Assembly: GCA_038206295.1 (NCBI GenBank)
Contig: JBBRAZ010000005.1
Location: 50,447-114,446, forward strand
Origin: Acidimicrobiales bacterium
GTDB lineage: Bacteria > Actinomycetota > Acidimicrobiia > Acidimicrobiales > JBBRAZ01
Reading direction: 5' to 3'
Length of the DNA stretch: 64,000 nt
Part shown: piece after piece, positions 57,376-64,000 of the stretch
How the letters are laid out: every line of letters starts with the position of its first letter
Numbering within the stretch: the stretch's first letter is position 1
The notes under the pieces: model-generated
Told to the model about the DNA's origin: nothing
Database searches by the model: none
The model's input: only the letters and a program-made list of their open reading frames with translations
Translations under genes and position numbers: made by a program

Positions 57376-57999
57376 ATGCCCTACCCCTCGAAGCTCCTCA
57401 ACGACGGCGAGGAGATCGTCCTCGACCTCCGCCCCCACTGGTGGGCGGTCACGCCTCGCACGATCCTGCTCGTGGCTGCGCTGGTCGTTGGTGCCGGGAT
57501 CCTCACGAACGACCTCCACGAGCTCGTCGACCTCCTCGTCGCCCTCGTGATCCTCGCCGCCCTCGGCTGGGCGGCGATGGCGTGGGCCGGCTGGCTGAGC
57601 ACGAGCTTCACGCTCACCACCGATCGCCTCATCTACCGCTCCGGCATCCTGCACAAGAGCGGCATCGAGATCCCGATCACGCGGGTCAACACCGTCATGT
57701 TCGGCCAGGGCCTCTTCGAGAGGATCCTCGGTGCGGGCGACCTCGTCATCGAGTCTGCCAGCGAGCAGGGTCAGCAGCGGTTCTCCAACGTCCGCAAGCC
57801 CGAGCTCGTGCAGAACACGATCCATCGCCAGATGGAGGCGAGCGAGCAGCGCGACGCCGATCGCATCGGCGGCGCGGTGCGCGGCGCCGGCAGGATCTCG
57901 GTCGCCGAGCAGCTCGAGAAGCTGAGCGACCTGCACGACCGAGGCGTGCTCAGCGACGACGAGTTCGAGCAGCAGAAGCGCGCCCTGCTCGGCGGCTGA
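57376..57999 (+). CDS. Membrane protein with bacterial PH domain (bPH_2/YdbS-like) and C-terminal SHOCT domain
   Basis: LNDGEEIVLDLRPHWW, then two TM helices, then TLTTDRLIYRSGILHKSGIEIPITRVNTV. The C-terminal LEKLSDLHDRGVLSDDEFEQQKRALLG is the SHOCT motif. Confidence 0.8.
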   Translation: MPYPSKLLNDGEEIVLDLRPHWWAVTPRTILLVAALVVGAGILTNDLHELVDLLVALVILAALGWAAMAWAGWLSTSFTLTTDRLIYRSGILHKSGIEIPITRVNTVMFGQGLFERILGAGDLVIESASEQGQQRFSNVRKPELVQNTIHRQMEASEQRDADRIGGAVRGAGRISVAEQLEKLSDLHDRGVLSDDEFEQQKRALLGG

Positions 58000-58009
58000 T
58001 CGCCACCGG

Positions 58010-58690
58010 GTGCGCATCGTCAGCCTCGTCCCGTCGGTCACCGAGACCCTCGTCGCCTGGGGCATCGAGCCGACCGCCGTCACCCGGTTCTGCGAGCGCC
58101 CCGATCTCCGCTCCGTCGGCGGGACGAAGGATCCCGACGTCGCGTCCATCGTGGCGCTGGCACCGGACCTCGTCGTGCTGTGCGAGGAGGAGAACCGCCT
58201 CGAGGACGCCGATGCCATCGCTGGTTGCGGGATCGCGGTGCACGTCGTGCGGATCGACGAGGTCGACGACGTCGAGCCGGCGATGGCGGACCTCGCCGCA
58301 GCCGTCGGCCACGCCGGGGCGCTGCTCGACGGTGCGCTGCGCCCTGCGGCTGCACCTCGCGGCGTGCGCGCGCTGGTGCCGATCTGGCGGCGACCGTGGA
58401 CGATCCTCGGCGAGCGCTGCTACGGCAGCTCGGTGCTCCGCCACCTCGGCATCGACCCTGTGGCGGTGGGCGTGGGCCGCTATCCGCAGCCGACCCTCGA
58501 CGAGCTGCGCTCGGTTCGGCCAGATGTGGTCCTGGCGCCGAGCGAGCCGTACCCGTTCGGCGAGCGCCACCGCGCCGAGCTGGAGGCGATCGCGCCCGTT
58601 CGATTCGTGGACGGCGCCGACCTGTTCTGGTGGGGGTGGCGCACGCCGGCGGCGATCGACCGCTTGGCAGCGGTGCTCGCCGCTACGTGA
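58010..58690 (+). CDS. Helical-backbone metal-receptor / cobalamin-binding (BtuF/TroA-like) domain protein without signal peptide
   Basis: RIVSLVPSVTETLVAWG...DPDVASIVALAPDLVV...RPDVVLAPSEPYPF is the pattern of the periplasmic-binding-protein type 2 fold. GTG start. Confidence 0.65.
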   Translation: MRIVSLVPSVTETLVAWGIEPTAVTRFCERPDLRSVGGTKDPDVASIVALAPDLVVLCEEENRLEDADAIAGCGIAVHVVRIDEVDDVEPAMADLAAAVGHAGALLDGALRPAAAPRGVRALVPIWRRPWTILGERCYGSSVLRHLGIDPVAVGVGRYPQPTLDELRSVRPDVVLAPSEPYPFGERHRAELEAIAPVRFVDGADLFWWGWRTPAAIDRLAAVLAAT

Positions 58691-59036
58691 GTGAGGTCGA
58701 CTCGTCGTGGGTGTCGGCCCAGTGCTTGATCGCGGTGAGCAGCATCTCGGTGGTGTGGAGCGTCTCGCGCTCCGGCAGCGTGTCGGGCAGGCGCTCCATG
58801 ATCAGCGGGGTCACATCGCTGAGCTCGCCCCAGCCGCCGAACATCGGGTCGAGGTCGCCGGCCTCGAGCGCCTGGAGCGTCGCGCTGATGACTCGGGAGG
58901 AGAGGTCTACGGCGCCTTCGGCGTTCGGCAGCCCAGCGCGCTGGCGCAGCCGGTGCGCGGTGGCGAGCGACCGGTTGCGCTCCTGGATGATCGACGGGAC
59001 GGCGAGGGCACGTCGTACGATGTCGCGGTACTCCAT
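58683..59036 (-). CDS. Hypothetical protein (117 aa)
   Basis: The ATG ORF shows strong GC bias at third positions when read codon by codon. No family recognised. Its 3' end overlaps the convergent gene by 8 nt. Confidence 0.6.
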   Translation of the reverse strand: MEYRDIVRRALAVPSIIQERNRSLATAHRLRQRAGLPNAEGAVDLSSRVISATLQALEAGDLDPMFGGWGELSDVTPLIMERLPDTLPERETLHTTEMLLTAIKHWADTHDESTSLT

Positions 59037-59124
59037 GGGGTGCCTCCTCGGTGCGTCGATCGGTCTGGAACCTACACCTGGCGCTTCGCTAGCGCTGCCG
59101 ATCGCTCCTGGCGTGGCGGGGCGG

Positions 59125-60126
59125 TCACCGACCGGTCACCGCTGCCCCGCCTGCAGCGCTGACGTGCCAGCCGTCGGGGAGCGACGCTGGGCTCGTGACG
59201 GCGACGACGCAGCCGCCGAACCCGGCACCGGTGAGGCGCGCGCCGAAGACGCCGGGTGTCGAGATGAGGCGTGCCACGAGGGCGTCGAGCACCGGCGTCG
59301 AGACCTCGAAGTCGTCGCGCAGGCTGGCGTGGCTGGCCACCATCAGACGTCCGAGCTCGGACAGGTCGCCGGCGCGCAGCGCGTCGGCCGCGGCGCGCAC
59401 GCGGACGTTCTCCGTCACGACGTGGCGTGCCCTGCGGCGGATCTCCTCGTCGTCGATCGCATCGAGCGCGCCGATGTCGTGGATCTGGCGGAGGGGACCG
59501 ACTGTGGCCTCGGCGGCCTCGCAGCTGGCGCGGCGCTCGGCGTACGCCGAGCCGGCGAGCTCGCGCTGCTGGCCCGAGTGGATGACCACGACCTCGACGT
59601 CGTGGGGGATCGGCACCGGCTCGATGGCCAGGGTCGCGCAGTCGATGAGCAGCGCGTGCCCCTCGACGCCGGCCGCCGAGGCGAGCTGGTCCATGATCCC
59701 GCACGGCACGCCCGACGAGCGCTGCTCGGCGCGCTGGCAGAGCTGCGCGAGCGCGAGCGGGTCGTCGCCTGGTGCGCCGAGGGCGAGCGCGACGGCGACC
59801 TCGAGCGACGCGCTCGACGAGAGGCCGCCGCCGAGCGGCAGCGTGGAGGTCACCTCGCCGACGAACCCGGCGACAGGCTGCATCTCGGCCACGACGCCTG
59901 CGACGTAGCGCGCCCACGGCGGCGAGGCCGCCGACGGGTCGTCCACCTCCAGGCCCACGACGGCGGCGCCCGCCTGGTCTACCGAGGTGAGCTGCACGAC
60001 GTCACCACCTCGCTCGCCGCGCACCGCGGTGCCGAGGTCGATGGCCATCGGCAGCACGAGGCCGCCGGTGTAGTCGGTGTGGTCGCCGATCAGGTTGACG
60101 CGCCCCGGTGCCCACGCCTCGATCAC
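59125..60126 (-). CDS. galK: Galactokinase
   Basis: APGRVNLIGDHTDYTGG (GHMP/galactokinase signature), PLGGGLSSSASL, TGAGFGGC. GTG start overlaps the galT stop (GTGA). Confidence 0.92.
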   Translation of the reverse strand: MIEAWAPGRVNLIGDHTDYTGGLVLPMAIDLGTAVRGERGGDVVQLTSVDQAGAAVVGLEVDDPSAASPPWARYVAGVVAEMQPVAGFVGEVTSTLPLGGGLSSSASLEVAVALALGAPGDDPLALAQLCQRAEQRSSGVPCGIMDQLASAAGVEGHALLIDCATLAIEPVPIPHDVEVVVIHSGQQRELAGSAYAERRASCEAAEATVGPLRQIHDIGALDAIDDEEIRRRARHVVTENVRVRAAADALRAGDLSELGRLMVASHASLRDDFEVSTPVLDALVARLISTPGVFGARLTGAGFGGCVVAVTSPASLPDGWHVSAAGGAAVTGR

Positions 60127-61010
60127 GTGGGCGCCTCGGTCGTGCCAGCGGCGCGCAGGTCAGCGGCGGCTGCTGCGGGGTCGACGGGGTTGAAGAAGAC
60201 GCCGCCGCCGAGCTCGCCGGCAGCCACGAAGCGCTGGGTGCCCGGGCTTCGGTAGAGGGGGGCGATGTGGACGTGCAGGTGGGCGGTCGGCCAGTCGCCG
60301 CCGTCGGTCGGCCGCTGGTGGATCCACAGCATGTACGGCATGGGTGCATCGAAGAGCGCGTCGAGCCGAGCCAGGGCATCGACGAGCACGGCGGCCATGG
60401 CGTCGCGGCCGGCGTCGTCGAGGGCGGGGAGGTCGGCGACGTGCTCGGTCGGGGCGACCTGCAGCGCGTAGGGCCAGGTGGCGGCGTCGGGCACCCACGC
60501 CCGCCAGCCGCCCGCCTCGCTGACCACGCGGTCGCCGGGGTCGGCGGCGCACAGGACGCACGGGCCGTCGCGCAGCTCCTCGTGCGCGGCGGGCGGCACC
60601 TCCTCGAGGGCGTAGATCTGACCGTGGGGGTGCGCGATGGTCGCACCGACCTCCGGGCCGCGGTTCTCGAACACCAGCACGTAGGCGACGTCGTCGTGGG
60701 CGCCCAGCGCGGCGGTGCGCTCGGCCCACAGGTCGACGACCTTGCGCGCGCCGCCCGTGCCCAGCGACCAGAACGAGGCGTCGTGCTCGGGGGTGTAGAG
60801 GACGACCTCGCAGTGCCCGTGGGGGAGCGCGGGCCACCGGTTCGTGAACCACCGCACGTCGTAGGGCTCGGGGGCCTCGATGCCGCCGGGGCAGAACGGG
60901 CACCCGGCGGCGGGCAGGTTCGGGCGGCCCTGGCGCTTCGCCACGATCACGACCTGCTCCCCAGTCAGCGGATCGGTGCGCAGGTCGGTCAGCGGCGTCG
61001 TGTCACCCAT
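60123..61010 (-). CDS. galT: Galactose-1-phosphate uridylyltransferase (HIT superfamily, type 2/actinobacterial)
   Basis: CPFCPGG zinc motif, FENRG.EVGATIAHPHGQIYA (HxHxQ active site). ATG at 61010. Confidence 0.9.
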   Translation of the reverse strand: MGDTTPLTDLRTDPLTGEQVVIVAKRQGRPNLPAAGCPFCPGGIEAPEPYDVRWFTNRWPALPHGHCEVVLYTPEHDASFWSLGTGGARKVVDLWAERTAALGAHDDVAYVLVFENRGPEVGATIAHPHGQIYALEEVPPAAHEELRDGPCVLCAADPGDRVVSEAGGWRAWVPDAATWPYALQVAPTEHVADLPALDDAGRDAMAAVLVDALARLDALFDAPMPYMLWIHQRPTDGGDWPTAHLHVHIAPLYRSPGTQRFVAAGELGGGVFFNPVDPAAAAADLRAAGTTEAPT

Positions 61011-61084
61011 CGCCGCCCATCGTGGCAGAGCCGACCAGGCCGAACCTCTTGACCGGGTGGTCAAGTGGCGGGGAGGATGGCGGC

Positions 61085-61975
61085 ATGGCACATGCACCCG
61101 TCAACGGCGTCGAGCTCTGGTACGAGACGTTCGGGGATCCCGACGACGAGACCTTGCTGCTGGTGATGGGGCTCGGTGCGCAGTCGATCGTGTGGGACGA
61201 GTCGTTCGTGCACGGCCTCGTCGAGCGCGGCTTCCACGTCGTGCGCTTCGACAACCGCGACGTGGGCCTCTCCACCAAGATCGTGCACGAGGAGGACGCG
61301 ACCACCCTCGTCATGCGGCGCTTCGCCGGCGAGGAGGTGCAGGCGCCGTACCTGATCGCCGACATGGCCGCCGACGCGGTGGGTCTGCTCGATCACCTCG
61401 GCATCGACCGAGCGCACGTCGTCGGCGCGTCGATGGGTGGGATGATCGCGCAGCAGATCGCCATCGACCACCCCCACAAGGTGCGCACGCTCACCTCGAT
61501 CATGTCCACCACCGGCGACCCCGACGTGGGCCTGCCGACCGCCGAGGCGATGTCGGTGCTGCTCACCCCCTCGCCGGTGGATCGCGACGGCGCCATCGAG
61601 CGCGGCGTCGAGGTGAGCCGGATCATCAGCGGCCCGCACCACTTCGACGAGGAGCGCGCTCGCAGCCGAGCGGAGCGCACGTACGACCGCGGCTTCCACC
61701 CCGATGGCGTCGTGCGCCAGCTGCTCGCCATCCTCTCGTCGCCCAGCCGCACCGACGCGCTGCGCTCCGTCGATGCTCCCTCGCTCGTCATCCACGGCGA
61801 GGCGGACCCGCTGGTGACGATCTCCGGTGGGCACCGCACCGCCGAGGCGCTCCCCGACGTCGAGCTGGTCGTGCTCGAGGAGATGGGTCACGACATGGCG
61901 CCCGAGGTGTGGCCCCACGCGTACGACGCGCTGGTTCGGCTGCGTGAGCGTGCCGCTGCACGAGCGGACGCCTGA
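61085..61975 (+). CDS. Alpha/beta-fold hydrolase
   Basis: LLLVMGLG, nucleophile elbow GASMGG, and C-terminal IHGEADPLV...GHD. GGGGAGGATGG lies upstream of the ATG at 61085. Confidence 0.85.
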   Translation: MAHAPVNGVELWYETFGDPDDETLLLVMGLGAQSIVWDESFVHGLVERGFHVVRFDNRDVGLSTKIVHEEDATTLVMRRFAGEEVQAPYLIADMAADAVGLLDHLGIDRAHVVGASMGGMIAQQIAIDHPHKVRTLTSIMSTTGDPDVGLPTAEAMSVLLTPSPVDRDGAIERGVEVSRIISGPHHFDEERARSRAERTYDRGFHPDGVVRQLLAILSSPSRTDALRSVDAPSLVIHGEADPLVTISGGHRTAEALPDVELVVLEEMGHDMAPEVWPHAYDALVRLRERAAARADA

Positions 61976-62029
61976 CCGCACCCACCGAGCGATCGATCGC
62001 CGATCGCACGTGACCGAGGAGGACCACGC

Positions 62030-63175
62030 ATGGCCGGACCGCTCAGCGGCGTTCGCATCATCGAGATCGCAGGCCTCGGGCCTGCGCCGTTCGCATCGAT
62101 GGTGCTGGCGGACATGGGCGCGGACGTCGTGCGCGTCGACCGCTCCTCGTCGGTGCGCGGGGGTGATCCGTCCACGCCGCCGGTCGACCTGCTCAACCGA
62201 GGTCGACGGTCCATAGGCCTCGATCTCAAGTCGTCCGATGGCGTCGAGGTGCTGCTGTCGCTCGTCGAGGGCGCCGACGCGCTGGTGGAGGGGTTCCGCC
62301 CCGGCGTGGCCGAACGACTCGGATTCGGACCTGACGTGTGCTTGGCGCGCAACCCGAAGCTCGTCTTCGGACGCATGACTGGGTGGGGTCAGGACGGCCC
62401 CTACGCACCGACGGCGGGCCACGACATCAACTACATCGCGCTGTCGGGCACCTTGCACGCCATCGGTCGCGCTGGCGAGGCACCGCTGCCGCCGCTCAAC
62501 CTGGTCGGCGACTTCGGCGGCGGCGGCATGCTGCTCGCCTTCGGCGTGGTGTGCGGCATCCTCGAAGCGCGCAGCTCCGGCTCGGGGCAGGTCATCGACG
62601 CGGCGATGGTCGACGGCGCGGCGCTGCTGTCCACGATGATCCACGGTTTCCGGGCGATGGGGATCTGGGAGGACGATCGCGGCACGAACCTCCTCGACAC
62701 CGGCGCCCACTTCTACGAGGTGTACGAGACGAAGGACGGCGGCTACGTGTCGATCGGCTCCATCGAGCCGCAGTTCTACGCCGAGCTGCTGGAGAAGACG
62801 GGCCTCGACGGCGAGGACCTGCCGTGGCAGCACGACAAGGCGCACTGGCCGGAGCTCAAGGTGCGCTTGGCCGAGGTGTTCCGCTCCAAGACGCGCGACG
62901 AGTGGGACGCCATCATGGAGGGAAGCGACGTCTGCTACGCGCCGGTGCTGTCGATGGCCGAGGCGCCGACGCACCCGCACAACGCGCAGCGCGGCACCTT
63001 CGTGGAGATCGCCGGGGTGACGCAGCCCGGTCCGGCGCCGCGCTTCAGCCGCACCGCTCCAGCGGTGCCCGAGCCACCGGCGCACGCCGGCCAGCACACC
63101 GATGAGGTGCTCGCCGAGCTGGGCTTCGATGAGAGCCGCATCGCCGAGCTCCGAGCCGCCAGCACCGTCGCCTGA
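62030..63175 (+). CDS. mcr: Family III CoA-transferase fold, alpha-methylacyl-CoA racemase-like
   Basis: [36 protein letters not shown]...[12 protein letters not shown]...[24 protein letters not shown]...GDFGGGG is very close to my memory of Mcr/AMACR sequences. Confidence 0.88.
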   Translation: MAGPLSGVRIIEIAGLGPAPFASMVLADMGADVVRVDRSSSVRGGDPSTPPVDLLNRGRRSIGLDLKSSDGVEVLLSLVEGADALVEGFRPGVAERLGFGPDVCLARNPKLVFGRMTGWGQDGPYAPTAGHDINYIALSGTLHAIGRAGEAPLPPLNLVGDFGGGGMLLAFGVVCGILEARSSGSGQVIDAAMVDGAALLSTMIHGFRAMGIWEDDRGTNLLDTGAHFYEVYETKDGGYVSIGSIEPQFYAELLEKTGLDGEDLPWQHDKAHWPELKVRLAEVFRSKTRDEWDAIMEGSDVCYAPVLSMAEAPTHPHNAQRGTFVEIAGVTQPGPAPRFSRTAPAVPEPPAHAGQHTDEVLAELGFDESRIAELRAASTVA

Positions 63176-63226
63176 GCTGAGGATCGCCGGTACGCGGAGC
63201 GCGAGGTCGGCCGTAGGATGCCGGCC

Positions 63227-64000
63227 ATGGCGACGCTCGTGTGCTTCCACGCCCATCCCGACGACGAGGCGATCGCCACCGGCGGGACCATGGCCAAGGC
63301 TGCCGCTGCCGGCCACCGCGTCGTGCTGGTTGTGGCGACGCGAGGTGAGCACGGCGAGGTCGTGCCTGACGTGCTCGTCGAGGGCGAGCAGCTGGGCCTG
63401 CGCCGCGTGCAGGAGACCTACGAGTCCGCCGCTGCGCTCGACATCCACCGCGTCGAGTTCCTCGGCTACGTCGACTCCGGGATGATGGGCGAGCCCGAGA
63501 ACGACGGGCCGTACTCCTTCTGGGGCGCTGATGTGGAGCACGCAGCCGAGCGCCTCGCTGGCATCCTGCGCCAGGAGCAGGTGCACGGCCCCGTGGTGCT
63601 CACCATCTACGACGACCACGGCGGCTACGGGCACCCCGACCACATCCAGGTGCATCGCGTCGGCGCCCGGGCCGCCGAGCTCGCTGGGGTCGATCGCTGC
63701 TTCCAGGCGACGATGAACCGCACGCACATCCAGGCCCTGATGGAGGCCAGCGCCGACGCCCTGGCCGAAGCCGGCGTCGATCGACCGGAGGCGCCCGGCG
63801 AGGACACGTTCGGATCCCCCGAGGGGATCATCACCCACGCCATCGACGTGCAGGACTTCGTCACCCGCAAGCGCTCGGCGATGATCGCGCACGCCAGCCA
63901 GATCGGCGCCGACTCGTTCTTCCTGGTCATGCCGATGGAGGCGTTCGAGATGGGCTTCGGCACCGAGTGGTTCATCGAGCACGGCGGCCCCGCTCGTGCC
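63227..64000 (+). CDS. PIG-L/LmbE-family deacetylase (MshB/Mca-like), 3' end beyond window
   Basis: This frame is absent from the ORF track because no stop is reached. Translated by hand: MATLVCFHAHPDDEAIATGGTMAKAAAAGHRVVLVVATRGEHGE...YDDHGGYGHPDHIQVH (AHPDDE and HPDH motifs). An alternative ATG lies at 63218. Confidence 0.82.
   Translation, partial: MATLVCFHAHPDDEAIATGGTMAKAAAAGHRVVLVVATRGEHGEVVPDVLVEGEQLGLRRVQETYESAAALDIHRVEFLGYVDSGMMGEPENDGPYSFWGADVEHAAERLAGILRQEQVHGPVVLTIYDDHGGYGHPDHIQVHRVGARAAELAGVDRCFQATMNRTHIQALMEASADALAEAGVDRPEAPGEDTFGSPEGIITHAIDVQDFVTRKRSAMIAHASQIGADSFFLVMPMEAFEMGFGTEWFIEHGGPARA

Noticed and set aside
58010-58690. A cobalamin riboswitch upstream of the BtuF-like gene
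   Set aside because: The gap to the preceding gene is only 10 nt, which leaves no room for a riboswitch. The protein lacks a signal peptide, so a role in B12 uptake is itself uncertain.

Overview
Very GC-rich window (GC not computed) with the gene content of an Actinomycetota chromosome: NucS/EndoMS, Kgd-type fused 2-oxoglutarate dehydrogenase, EttA, an F420-type LLM oxidoreductase and a WS/DGAT. I support about 58 protein-coding genes. I recognised no rRNA, tRNA, CRISPR array, transposase, integrase or prophage genes. Start/stop overlaps (ATGA, GTGA, TGATG) are common, so operon structure can be read directly.

Main blocks:
- 3-6978: a tightly coupled eight-gene cyp51-ferredoxin operon.
- 7-34 kb: many lipid and acyl-CoA genes (FadD, FadE, a split MFE-2-type SDR plus MaoC dehydratase, enoyl-CoA hydratase, WS/DGAT, secreted lipase, thioesterases), interspersed with envelope and exported proteins.
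- 33.7-38.1 kb: sulfate activation (cysQ | cysD-cysNC-cysC).
- 38-49.6 kb: ettA, an unusual NYN-RGG-S1-histone-tail protein, an M20 peptidase, a HAD hydrolase, a DUF559 gene boxed in by REP-like hairpin repeats, kgd and xthA.
- 49.6-57 kb: three paralogous exported, C-terminally anchored proteins, two of them in an operon behind a UvrD2-like helicase.
- 57-64 kb: galT-galK, an alpha/beta hydrolase, mcr and a partial PIG-L deacetylase.

The strongest candidate for something undescribed is the three-paralogue set. Each predicted mature N-terminus (AxA|CSC...) and four-cysteine spacing closely resembles the N-terminal inhibitory (NTR/OB) domain of animal TIMPs.

Other leads are the Regnase-like NYN RNase fusion, the REP-flanked DUF559 cassette, an apparently circularly permuted alkaline-phosphatase-superfamily enzyme, and a degenerate fused APS-kinase domain next to a canonical cysC.

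All homology statements come from motif recognition and memory, not from database searches. Many long ORFs in the track are antisense shadow ORFs typical of high-GC DNA and were rejected.
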